Assembly: GCA_050575255.1 (NCBI GenBank)
Contig: JBNZDD010013715.1
Coordinates: 5,583,603-5,647,602 of the forward strand
DNA: 64,000 nucleotides
Origin: Harriotta raleighana
Lineage: Eukaryota
Direction of reading: 5' to 3'
A model generated the notes under the pieces. That model saw only the letters and a list, made by a program, of their open reading frames with translations, searched no databases and was not told the DNA's origin. The position numbers and the translations under genes were made by a program. This document shows, piece after piece, positions 12,291 through 24,680 of the stretch; the first letter of the stretch is position 1, and each line of letters begins with the position of its first letter.

Positions 12291-14639
12291 CCATTTCCAA
12301 AAAGCTTTTCACTTTGAAAGCTCATAACCAGCTTTTCATTCCATCCGTCTGAGTAGCAATCAGATTGTGGTCTTAGCCAGAGTCTAATTCCTTGTACCTT
12401 TTAGTTCCAAATGTAACATTCATTTTAATTGATAAAGGTGTGTCATTTATGCCCTAGCAATCATTCTCCAATGGATATATTCAATATTCAATTATCATTT
12501 TGTCTTCGTACACACAGAGAATTTTTGTATCTCTGTATCCTTTCTGAATCCACCACGTGACCTGCAAACATTTTTTGTTGTTGTTGCAACTGCTTTCTAG
12601 ACAGAGTAGAACACTAATATATCATCCGCATAAAAGCATTCTTCATATCCACAAGATGGATACCACAATTATGAGGAAAATCATATTTAATGATGGGTAG
12701 AGGACACATGACTGATTCAATATGGCAGTGTCACCTTATCATGTCCATTCTTGACAGATTGTGAATCACCTGTATCTGTTAAGTCTAATACCTGTATTAT
12801 CTAATCAAAATGCTCTTCATTTCTCACTCCACCACTATCCTACTCTCACACTTAACAAAAGTAAACTCCTTTCCAGATNACAGATTGTGAATCACCTGTA
12901 TCTGTTAAGTCTAATACCTGTATTATCTATGCAAAATGCTCTTCATTTCTCACACTATCCTACTCTCACACTTAACAAAAGTAAACTCCTTTCCAGAGGC
13001 ATTTGCCTTCAAAATACAATCAGCAAAATTTACAGTAAAATCTGTGAAGCACTTTCAGAAGTCCTCTTAATATAAAAGGTACTACAGTAGATCAAATGCA
13101 ATTGTTATTCCTTTTATGATCATATATTTCACCAACAATCTTTCCCTTTGATAAGTTAAAACAATATTTGATAACAATGTCTTGGGGTGTTTCCAAAGCC
13201 TTTGGATTGCTTTCAAAGATGTTTTAATATGTGACTGACAGCTCATGAGACAACCTTTCTTTAGTGCTTCCTGCAGGATTTACAAGCTTCTAAGTAGAGT
13301 TTAAGTAGAGTAAAGTTCAGTGCCCGCAGCCACTCAGCTGACCAACGTATAGTGACTGTTTAACTGTAGGTAAAAACAAACATAGAAACTTGTAGACACG
13401 AATGTCCTATACACAACCATGAGGTGAATGGTCAATTCATCTGTTTGTGAGGACATTTGAAGAAACTGTTCTCTTTTCAAATACAGTATTACTGAGTGAC
13501 ATATAACATCCCACCTGAGCCAGCAGACAAGATCTTGAAGGACAGCATCTTTGATAATGCAGCGCACCCCCAGTATTGTATTGTGGAAACAACCTTGGCT
13601 GCTTGCCAAAACTATGTATTGATTTATCAAGATTTTATTCCATTGAGAATACTATTGTCCTTTGTATCTCACCTTACAAAATATTGGATGATGTTTAGTC
13701 TTCAGAACAGGTTGCAGAACAGGTGGCTATTTCAGTAACAGTTCTAAACATTCACCATTTATTCAGATATCGTTTTGTCTTTTATACCCTGTCATTCTCT
13801 TGTCTTACCATCTGCTAGTACTTATTTCCTCTGGTTTCTGTGACAGCTGAGAATGTACTTGGATTGATCCATTTTTATCAGTGCTTGATGCTGCACTAAA
13901 TTTAATGCACTTTGGGTTTAATAATGAAAAATGTGATCTTTTATCCCATTAAGTACAACAACTACAACTTGCATTTATATGGCACCCTTCAAATGGGGCA
14001 GCTTCACAGTGCAGTGTCTGATTTCCGAATGCATTTTTATCCATCATGTGCCATAATTAATGCATAAAAATGTTGGTGAGTCAATGGCTAAAGCTGCCTG
14101 AGCGATCTGATAATTTTATTTATTCAGTAAGTCTTTTCAGTGATTAATTTTTCAGTCCTACTTATTCCTACACTTTGCTGGCATCATTATTTTATATCTC
14201 AGGAAAAATTCTACTGGCCTCCAAACATCGACATTGTTCTTACCATTTCAGAGCACGCAAAGTTAGGCTTTGTGAAATAATATTGATTGTTTGAGGAAAA
14301 AAAAGCTTATGTTATTTTGTTCATTATGATTTTCCAGGGGTACCATGTAATATAACAGTTAGATACAGTAATAAGCTACAATGAATTACATGAAAGTAGC
14401 CAGTAGTGAAAGGTGAAGTGGAAATAATTAAATACGAAAGAAAATAACAATAAGGAATGGTAACATTTCTCAGACTTCTCTCCATTTAATTCCCGTGAGA
14501 AATTCCCATTTTATTTTTACTATTCTAGTAAGAGCACTTTCCTGCTGATTCTCTGATTCTCACTGTGTTTGTGCACAACAATGATAATCCCTGAATTTGA
14601 TACAGAGCCTTATCATGCAATCAAGATGACTCTAAGTAT

Positions 14640-15005
14640 TTTTTTTACTGTGTATTTTATGGGCAAAACATGGCAGTCGATTGAATACAACAATGTCCCA
14701 CAAACAGCCGTGGAATAAGTGAACATTTTTATTTGGGAGATTATTGACCAGAACACCAGGAGAAAATCCCTTTTCAAATAGTGCCAAGGGATCTTTAACA
14801 TCCACCTGATCAGGCAGTTGGGATCATGGTTTATCTGATTTATCATGGTTTATCTGATCCAAAGACAGTACCTACGACAATGCAACACCCCCCAGCACTG
14901 CATTGGAGTGTTATCTTAAACTATGTAATTCTAAGTTCCGATGTGGGGTTTGAATCACAATATTTTGACTCAGAGGTGAAAGTGCTATTGCTGAGCCAGA
15001 CTAAC
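14640..15005 (-). mobile_element. Old Deu-domain SINE, nearly full length
   Basis: Minus-strand head TCTGGCTCAGCAATAGCACTTTCACCTCTGAGTCA, ACACTCCAATGCAGTGCTG, and CAGGTGGATGTTAAAGATCCCTTGGCACTATTTG core. Confidence 0.7.
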
Positions 15006-16144
15006 ACAATGTTACATGAAAAGCGAAGCTCGAATGATTACGCAAACAACAACAACAACATTACACTTGTATAATGCCTTTCATGTCAGGAGGATGTCTT
15101 AAGACGCTGGACAGTCACTGGGGTTGGCCGNGTTACATGAAAAGCGAAGCTCGAATGATTACGCAAACAACAACAACAACAACATTACACTTGTATAATG
15201 CCTTTCACGTCAGGAGGATGTCTTAAGACGCTGGACAGTCACTGGGGTTGGCCATCCAGCTTTTAAAATCTTAACCGTTTGTGGCTTTATTTCTGTGCAT
15301 AAATTTTCCAGTGAAAGTAGAAGAAAGTTTCTAATTGGCCCAGTAGTTAAAGACTGCAGATAAGAATGCAGCTAACAGAAGTCTTCAAAATTGTAAAGTT
15401 CGAGTAAGGGGAGGTCGAAAGAAACCCTTTGCATGCAATATGAAAATGCTTTGTTTTTAGGCTTCTAAGACTGAGACTATAACAAGCATTAAAAGGGAAC
15501 TGAATAAACGTTTTAAGAGAAGGAATTTAAAAGTGTATGGGAAAGAGCAAAGAATTGAGATTGGAGCAGTTAGCTCCAGGAGATGAGTTAGCAGCAGTTT
15601 AGGCTCAATGTGGCAAATGCCCTATGCTGTAATTTCTATTAAACTATGATTCTGTTGCTGCAGGATACACAACAGTCCAAAGCTGTTGCCACTAAAAATA
15701 TGGTGAGCTGCATTATGGTATTTGAGATTCCACTCACAGTTCATTTATATGGCCGGCAGGTTTGCTGGTAACTGCTGTGTGTGACACAAATTCTCACAGG
15801 GCTCCACAGGTTCAGAAACACCAACCATTCAATAATTTCCACTAAATGGGATTCAACTCCTGCTATGAAGTACTTTGATTGCATAGTTACACTTAGATAT
15901 ATTCTATAAATGCACTTTTGAAAATCGCTTTTCTCCATCAGGCATGTTGTTCCCACCCATCGCGCACCTTTTTTGCAAAACATTTGAAATAAACAATATG
16001 TTTTCATTCATTAACTGCCCCAGTTCACAAGAACGGTGTTTCTGGTGACCCAATGCAATAATTAAATTCATTTTTTTTCACTTAAAGGTACACTATTCTA
16101 CAATGGTAACTTCCAAAAGGTTATTTTTATCCACTCTAAAAGGT

Positions 16145-17470
16145 AACTCCCCCACTGCCTCACCCCTCGGGCCACTGAAACCCCTGACCACGCTTTCATC
16201 ACAACAAGGTTCGACTATGGAAACTCTCTCTTCGTCGGCCTTCCCGGCTCTTCCATTCCCAAGCAGATCATCCAGAACTCTGCAGCTCGTGTCCTTTCCC
16301 GCATCAAGCTCCACAGCTACATCACTCCCAGCCTCGCCCGGCTCCATTGGCTCTCCATCCCCCAGAGAATCAAATTCAAGACGTCTTACTGCAACTATAC
16401 AGGGCTTTGCTGAGACCGCACCTAGAGTATTGTGTGCAGTTTTGGTCTCCTTGTTTAAAAGAGGACATACTTGCCTTAGAGGGGATGCAGCGTAGATTCA
16501 CTAGGTTAGTCCTGGGATGAGGGACTGACCTATGAGGATAGGTTGAATAAACTAGGACTGTATTCTCTAGTATACAGAAGAATTAGGGGGACCTTATTGA
16601 AACATTTAAGATTCTTAAAGGGCTGGATAAAGTAGACACTGAGGGAATGTTTCCCCTTGTAGGAGAATCTATAACCAGGGGTCACAGTCTTAAAATTAAG
16701 GGTCAGTCTTTTAGAACAGAGTTGAAGAAACATTTCTTCACTCAGAAGGTAGTGAATTTATGGAAGGGTTGGGTGAAGGACTGTAGATACTCAGTCCTTA
16801 AACATTTTCAAGGCTGAGATTGATAGATTTTTTAAAAATAGAGGGATTAGGGGATATGGGGATAGGGCAGGTAATTAGAGTTAGGGCAGAAGATCAGCCA
16901 TGATCTTATTTAATGGCGAGGCATGCTCGAAGGGCCAAATGGCCTACTCCTGCTCCTAATTCTTATGTTCTTATCCTCATCCTTACGTTCAAGAACATTC
17001 ACAGCCTTGCCCCATCCTATCTCTCCAACTGTCCCCCCTATGAACCTGCTCACCACCTCCATTCAGCGGGGGCCAATCTGCTCCATGTCCTCCACCCAAC
17101 CCANCTGTCCCCCCTATGAACCTGCTCACCACCTCCATTCAGCGGGGGCCAATCCATGTCCTCCACCCAACCCGCCCTACCATCGGTGGACAGGCTTTCA
17201 GTTCTCTGCCCCCACACTCTGGAACTCCATCCTACAGTTCCTTCGCCTCACTCACTCTTTTGCCTCCTTCAAGGCCAGTCTCAAGACTCTCTTCGATCAT
17301 GCCTTCTGCCGTCCTCCCAATTCTCTCCCTCCCCTCCTAACTCTCTCCCTCCCCTCCCCCCTACCCTGCCCTTCCCTCTTGCTCGTGTCCCAACCAGACT
17401 TTTCAGCAGCTTGGGACATCCTCCCGACATGAAAGGCTCTCTATAAATGTAATTTTATTGTCGTTGTTGT
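16145..17470 (+). mobile_element. L2 3' region split by a CR1 insertion
   Basis: L2 runs to ...AGAATCAAATTCAAG (16380) and resumes at ATCCTCATCCTTACGTTCAAG (~16973); ends in an L2 tail with (TTG)n. Confidence 0.8.
16381..16972 (+). mobile_element. CR1 LINE 3' fragment
   Basis: GAGACCGCACCTAGAGTATTGTGTGCAGTTTTGGTCTCC translates to [13 protein letters not shown]; terminal GGCCTACTCCTGCTCCTAATTCTTATGTTCTTAT. Confidence 0.85.
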
Positions 17471-18194
17471 TTTTAACCAAAGGAACTCCTGGACTGCTCA
17501 TGTATAACAATTCCTAGCAGGAGGAACCACTTTTGAACAATTCTATGCATCATGATTTGACAAAAGAAATAAGGTTACTGTGGATCCAAGGGACATGCAT
17601 GATGAAAGAACCTGGCTATATGGTTGGAATTCCAGCTGGATCCAGAGGCTAGTGCATCTGTTGACAAGAATTTCAAAATTCAGCATCAGAAACGGATGCA
17701 GTCTCTACAGACAAGGTGAAGAACCCAATTGTTGCCTAGCAGCCTTGGAAAGAATGTTATATACCAGGGGATTCAATTAAATGTAGGGGCTGTGAGTAAT
17801 TGTATTGTGCTATGGGATAACTCAGAGAAATTGAGAAATTTATTTTGACAACCGAAATGAAACTCCGCTGTCCAAGAAAAATGATTACATTTCTACACTT
17901 TGACATTTAAAGTACATACAACAAATTATTCATGCTCTTTGAAAATCCATCCTGGAATCCTCCCATGTAAGCCCTACCCTCCCAACCTTTAAAGCTCACC
18001 TTAAGATCTAACACTTGGACCATATTTTCGATCGACTCGCCCCTCGCCACACTCAACAACAACAACAAGCAAACAAAATTACATTTATAGAGTCTCTTTT
18101 ACATCAGGAGGACGTCCCACACCCCTCAGTGTGGTGAGAGTATCTTTACAGGATAGCTTGTGACGTACAAACCACCTTGATATTCTGGAATGTG

Positions 18195-18482
18195 GAGGTC
18201 TGTACCTTACTGGTTACATGCCTTGCAAGTGAGAATGTCTGATTTTGATGCCCGCAAGGGCAAAACATTGGGCAACTTTCCTTACTCCGTGTGCCTCTAT
18301 TTACATGGCAGTAAGTAGAAACTTGGTTGTTAATCGATCTACTTTTCCAATGGTAACAATCCGATCAAAAAATAAATAAAATAATAATAATTTGGTCATT
18401 TAACCCATGACTGTTTCATAATCCTTGCATTTGATATAGCGCTTTTCATATCTAGAATGTTTGTGGAACACTGCTGTGTGCC
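18195..18482 (+). mobile_element. Long-form tRNA-SINE containing an inverted SINE-tail insertion
   Basis: Degenerate head, GCCTCTATTTACATGGCAGTAAGTAGAAACTTGG module and Deu segment; ~18417-18457 is an antisense tail flanked by TGTTT. Confidence 0.65.
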
Positions 18483-20269
18483 AAGGTCTGGAGACCTAAC
18501 AGTGTGTGTTGGGGGTACTGCTGGAGTCTAATCAGTTAAAACCGCATAGCTTACTATTGAAATTACCAAGTGACAAGCTTTCCCACTGCTTGTCCAGCTA
18601 GGACCATTCTACTTGTTAGTTATTTGTAGGATTAAAAGAGTCTGAGGTGGATGACTCTCTGCCCAAACCATTGTTTACGTGCGAATGGTAGAAACTCAGA
18701 GATTAAATAAGCATTCCAAAATCTGAAAGCCTGGGAAAATTGAATGCATACACGATCTCATCAAATTATTGTTCCACAGATACTATTTATCTTTTCAACA
18801 TGCATACTATGGCCTGTCAATCCAATTGCAGTTTAATAAGATGATATCACAATTTATCAACACCTATTGAAATAATAGTAGAATGCATCACCCTGTGTTG
18901 CTCAGTCAACTTGTGTGGGTAAATTGTCTGAATCAACCCCTACTCACCACAAAATTTTGAAGACGTATTTATGGACAAGCAGCTCTGAGGCACTATTTTA
19001 TTCTTACTTACATGCTTTGAATCGTGACAATTCTCCCCAAACAGGTCCTGTGTATTCAGCACATTTCATCCACAAAAGCCTGCGGTGCCAGCAAGGTCAA
19101 TTCCCTTTCCAGGTTTCCCTTTCTTTCATATCCACATGTGTATTCTGCTCTCTAGATGTGTTGCCAAATGTATTACAGTATTTAGGACTTTGTTCTCAAT
19201 TGTCCAATAAAATGTTGGGTTGATGTTGATTTGTCGGAAATTTCATTTGCCTGTTCTGACAGATGTTAAGATCCCATGGTAGGGTAATTCTCTCATGGCC
19301 GAGCCAGCTGTACCCCAAAAAGTATTGGTCATTCACATCATTGCTATCTGTGGGATAATGCTGTCATCAAATATAGACTGCGTTTTCCTTCAAAAATTGC
19401 AGTCACTAGACTTTACATTATATGCTGTGCATAGCTTTGAGACGGCCTCCTAATGTGAAGGAGGCTATATCCATGTAAAAAATACCATTGTTATTTACAC
19501 AATGAGCCATAATTTTTGATATTCACAAAAGTGGGAAGGAAGGGATGATTTGATTCAGTGGTTGAATTCAGTTTGACAATTTCCAACAAACATCAAAATG
19601 TTCAAAAATAAAAAGTTGTGGAATGATGGTTTTCACTCTCCAGCTTTTTGGGGGGCACTTTGGTGAATTTGTGAATTTTGGAAATCATCATTAGTGTTTC
19701 CTTACCCTTTTTCAAATATCACAAATTATTGATGTTGGTGGGTTTGTAAACAGCTTATTAACAGTCAAGAGTTCTAGGTGTGCTCTAATATTCCCATTGG
19801 CTTCTATTTCGCCCTTACATCTAATGGTGAAGAGACAAGCAGTGTGTGTGGGTGAAATTTCACTGTGATCAGCAGCTAACACCGAGGTGTATCCACTAGC
19901 CAGTATCCACATGATACCAAACCACAGCTGAAATTTACACGTGAGAATGCAATTGTTCCATTCATGGATATATCCTGACAAACATGTAGCTAGTTTGTTG
20001 AGAAATAGTGTAACTGCATCATCATTGCTAAAAACACCAATTAAAAATCAGTCAGTTTTTAATATCTTAAGAAACAGAGCCGTTGAGCCCTTCATTCCCT
20101 CACTTGATTCTGAGCAAAACTGGCAGGAAACACTTAAGAAAATGCACATATTATACTAAATGATTTGACTAATATAATGCCTTGCTGTTGCTAGGTGACA
20201 TTCGAAAGTGTACAGAGAGCAACGCATTAAAGCAGGAAACCAAGATTTTATACTTGCATCAGATGTGTA

Positions 20270-20560
20270 TTTTACTGGCTTAGTTGCTAACATTCTCAAC
20301 TCTTGTCAGAAAATTGTGGGTTCAAAACCTTTGAGCTCATGGTCTAAGCTGACATCAAGTGTAATGTTTAGGATGTCCTCACAGTTGGACATACCGTCCT
20401 TTCAATAAGATGAAAAATCAGTGTCCCGTCTGTCTGTTCAGGTGATTCTATGGGAGACAGGAGTTTTTCCCAGCATCCAGACAATGAATCCTCCAATAAT
20501 TTGGTCAGTCACCTCATGGCTGTTTGTGGGACACAGCTGATTGATGGTTGGTATACAATG
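20270..20560 (+). mobile_element. Old Deu-domain SINE remnant
   Basis: CTGGCTTAGTTGCTAAC..GTGGGTTCAAAACC head, CCGTCCTTTCAATAAGATG..CAGGTG core, GCTGTTTGTGGGACA. Confidence 0.55.
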
Positions 20561-20638
20561 CTTGAATGTGCTGAGCTTAATTTTCAATAATTTAGGGACT
20601 ATGGTAACTTCATCATTCTCAACAAGTGTAAACCTTAC

Positions 20639-20692
20639 CTTTGTTACACATTCCCAGCATTCTTCAATGTTGATTGCTGAGAAGGTCAATGT
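20639..20692 (-). other. Candidate 54-nt exon
   Basis: ...CTTACTAAATTTCAG| acceptor and AAG|GTAAGG donor; open only in phase 0 (TLTFSAINIEECWECVTK); no homology recognised. Confidence 0.2.
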
Positions 20693-21469
20693 CTGAAATT
20701 TAGTAAGATGACAGAGCAGACATTACACAACAAGAAACAAGCTTGGTAGGGAATATCAGAGCAGCATCAAAGTGTGCAAATTATTATATTCAAACTACCA
20801 GGTATATCTGATTTAGCTGACTTGTACTCATTGTACTCAAGTGATATTTGAGATTTGTGTATTTTTTCCTTAACGCATCATGAGATGCAAAATTTTGACT
20901 TTTTTTGTGATGAACACATACAAATTTTACATATAACACATGCAAACCTTCATATATTTCCATTTCATTCAATGGGAAATTGATTGTATTATTTTGAGTT
21001 TTGCTCTCTGTTCCATACATTGTGTGTAAAGTGGTACAATGCTAAAATTATGACTTTAATCATCTTGAATAATAATGTCTCACAAACAGCCTTGAAATGA
21101 ACAATCAATCTATCTGGAAGATACTTTTTCAATTCATGTAGACCGAAACGTATAGGTTGAGACAGTATTAGTTGGACACTGTGAGATACTGGATCCCATG
21201 GACCATGTGGGTTTGTAGCTAAACAATTAGCCAAAGGATATTGGTGTTGGTAGCCCCACATAAGGTCAAGATCAGCCTACCCTGAATCATCTTCTGCAGT
21301 TGTAAGTATGAAACTTTTAACTGTTTAATAACTGTCTTTTTGAGTAATAAATTAAACCTTTGATTTATCCATTGCCTCTGTACTATCTTACCTCAGGGTA
21401 GTACCATACAAAAACTCTACACCAGAAATCTTTTAAGCTATAGTTACATGAAGTGAAAGAAGGAAGAAG

Positions 21470-21690
21470 AACAACAACAAAATAACACTTGTATAGCGTC
21501 TTTCACGCCAGGAGGATGTCCCAAGGTGCTGGACAGATCTGTGCTGGGATCAGGCACAGGAAGGGTAGTGGGAAAGGGGGGGATTTGGGGTGACCGATGG
21601 GACTGTCGAAGAAGAGGGTCTTGAGGCGGGACTTGAAGGAGGCCAGGGAGGGGGCGAGGCAGAGGGACTATGGGACAAAGTTCCAGAGGT
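21470..21690 (-). mobile_element. L2 3' tail
   Basis: (ACA)n then TATAGCGTCTTTCACGCCAGGAGGATGTCCCAAGG...GTCGAAGAAGAGGGTCTTGAG. Confidence 0.7.
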
Positions 21691-23227
21691 TAGTTGAGCC
21701 TGGATGTGTAATGTAATTTTGAATTATATAAATGATCACATTATTAAAAAATGCAACCAGTCAGTCGATAAGTAAATACATTATTAGTGTGTGAATTTGA
21801 GAGTTTCCCTGCCCACAGTACCCACTGTACTCGTTGGCCTGTGTATCATGGCATCAGAATGCCAATTGGAGAGATATCATCTTTACTCTGATTCTTGGCA
21901 TCCCATTGACCAGCACACAAATGTCATGTTCCACAAAATTATAATTTACAAAGCTTTTCCAAAAGAGTAGGGTTAAACTGAGCGCAGTATGAAACAAGTG
22001 GGTCACAAATAACTTATTTTTCATGGTCAGTGACACTCACAAGCCAAATAAGGACTTAAAGTTTTAATCCACTGCAGAATTCATATGTCTATTATAGTTA
22101 ATACATTTGTGCCGAACAGGCATGAAGTGCAAATCAGAGAAATCGAAATGTCAAGTGGTATACATGATTGGCATTAGAGCTTTAGGGCTAGGGCTGCACA
22201 GCTTATGGATGATTTATTTTGGCTTGAAGTAATACTGTAATTAAAAGCAGTTGGTATCGTTGTTACATGAAATATATAATAAGGCATTCTCTCACAAACA
22301 CAGGTACCAGTTTTACTGAAAGGAACAATGAAGTCTTTGTTTCTCCCCATTAAAAATAGCTCATCTGGTTCTAAATTGATGTGCTTGGCAGCTGAATGTC
22401 ATTCATTGAGTCAAATCACAATGGATTGACTCCAGCAATATCACATACACTTTGGAGTTCCAAGCTTTTGCTCTTGCCAGCGTGCACCAAATACTATTTA
22501 CAATTAGGTAAGTAAGGTGCGTTCACCATCAGGAAGAATTTGTTGATCAAAGAAAAATCTCCATGCAACAGAAGATGAGATAAAGCGTGGAGTAACTTCT
22601 GCACAGATGTTTGTCTCAGACAGAGACATTTAGGAGCTAAAATAGCTGAACAAAAATGTCTTCGTTAAAATAAATGTCCCTATTATACGTTCTTCCAAAC
22701 CTCTGTGTTAGCAGCCTGTAGAATGGTTGATAACTCTAAGTGAGCAATGGTTTTAAACCTTTCTGAAATTGCAGAATTCCTTTGAATGAGACAGGTGAAC
22801 AATAAAAATGCTATAGCAATACTGCAAAAGATATTGGAGTATCTTTGGGTTTCCTGGCCAACAATCCTGCAAAAATAATAAAAATTGGTCATTTGATCTG
22901 GATGTTTGTGGGTTATTACAGTGCACAAATTGCTGCCATGCTCACCCACAATATATAGTTATTCCAGTTTATTAGTACTGAATATCCTGTGAATCGCTGA
23001 AATAAGGTAACCCTGGTCTACAGCTCAATGTTCATGGTTAGGAGTAAATAAGGTTGCCACAATGAGAACAGAAATTGTTTTATCCGACAAAAAGTAATAC
23101 CTTTGGAATTTCGCAGGGAATTTTATCATGGGTTATGTTATTTTACTCTTGAAAATCTATCATTAACTGTACACATGTTCGTCCAGAATTTCTCCACCTA
23201 AGAGAAGGGAGAGAAAAACGACCTTTA

Positions 23228-23995
23228 CAACAACAACAACAAGATTGCATTTATAGAGCGCGTTTCATGTCAGGAGGATGTCCCAAAGCGCTGGACAGTT
23301 GGTTTAAGACCCGAGCAGGGGGAAATGTTCAGGGCGAGGGGAAGGGAGGATGGGAGCGAGGAGGGGGTAGAGAGTCGAGAGGGGAGCTGAAGGCACGGTC
23401 GAAGAGAAAGGTCTTGAGACCGGCCTTAAAAGAGGAAAGGGAGGAAGCGAGGCGAAGGCACTGGGGGATGGAGTCCCAGAGCCTAGGGGCTGACTGGCTG
23501 AAAGTCCGGCCGTCGATGGTAGGACGGTTAGGGCAGGAGATGTGGAGCAGACCAGAGCTAGAGGAATGGAGGGTACGGGCAGGTAGATAGGGGGAATAGT
23601 AGGTCGGAGAGGTAGGAGGGAGCAAGGCCGTGAATGGCCTTGTAGGTAAGGTTGAGGATCTTGAATTCGATCCTCTGGGGGATGGGGAGCCAGTGGAGAC
23701 AGGCGAGGGTGGGAGTGATGTGGTCTTGAAGCCTGGTGCGGGAGAGTACACGAACTGCAGGGTTCTGGATGACCTGCAGCTTGTGGATGGAGGAGCCGGG
23801 AAGGCCTACGAGGAGAGAGTTCCCATAGTCCAGCCGTGAGGTGATGAAGGCGTGGACTAGTGTTTCAGCAGCATGAGGGGTGAGACAGTGTCGTAGCTGG
23901 CGATGTTCCGGAGGTGGTGGAAGGCAGTGCTAGTTGTGGCGCGGATGTGGGGGAGAAAGGACAGCTCAGGGTCAAATAGAACACCGAGATTCAAT
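23228..23995 (-). mobile_element. L2 LINE 3' region, relatively young and GC-rich
   Basis: [24 protein letters not shown] and APRLWDSIPQCLR..SFKAGLKTFLF; intact tail with (TTG)n. Confidence 0.88.
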
Positions 23996-24146
23996 TGTAC
24001 CATGTGGACTCTGAAATAAAGCCCAGTGGCACCTCGCACAAATACAGATTGATTGCATGCTCTTTGTGAAATCTGTTGGAGAACACAGCACTTATTAATG
24101 GCACAGACTAATTGTCCAAATAATAGTCCCTGGATTTTTATGTAAC

Positions 24147-24580
24147 TGTCAGCCTGGCTCAGTGGTAACACATTGTCGTCTGAATCAGAAGGTTTTGGGT
24201 TCAAGCCCCACAATTGAACTTGGAATCTCATATTCTAAGATAACACTCCAATGCATTACTGAGGTTGCGTTGCATAGTCTATTCTTTGGATGAGATGTTA
24301 ACTGAGATTCTGTGTTCAGGTGGACGTTAAAGACCACATGGTACTATCTGAGTTTATCCCAGTGTCCTGGCCAATAATCTTCCAAATAAAATTGGTCACT
24401 CACTGCATGGATGTTTGTGGGACAGTAGGAACCCGGTTGTTAGTAAATTGGTGGATTGCTTCTCCGGGATGATAATAATTCCTTCAAAAAAAATTGGGTC
24501 ACTCAATCCACAACTGTTTGTGGGACACTGCTGTGCATAATTAGCTGCCATGCTAGCTCACATGATACGCAGTCACTCCA
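24147..24580 (+). mobile_element. Old Deu-SINE (24147-24420) abutting the 3' part of a long-form SINE (24424-24580)
   Basis: GTCAGCCTGGCTCAGTGGTAACAC..TCAGAAGGTTTTGGGTTCAAGCCCC head and core, then AGTAGGAACCCGGTTGTTAG module. Confidence 0.7.
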
Positions 24581-24680
24581 CTAAAGAATGTTGGACTTCT
24601 AGGCATTTGAGTAAAATCATTTTCCTGTTGTTTACATCTCTATTCACTCTGTATAGAACTTCTGTAGGAGAAATACTATA

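Noticed and set aside
12754-12997. Tandem duplications of ~70-210 bp (also 15011-15253, 17029-17172, 24574-24990, 41933-42230, 63490-63641) as real repeats or a CRISPR-like array
   Set aside because: Every one straddles a single N and there is no repeat-spacer periodicity; most likely an assembly overlap artefact.
13279-13368. Plus-strand AG...GT bounded segment
   Set aside because: Weak donor (GTAAAA), stops in all frames and no other support.
14825-14857. Short tandem duplications (also ~13291, 26388, 36548, 52680, 56591)
   Set aside because: Ordinary 9-19 bp slippage or repair duplications with no shared motif.
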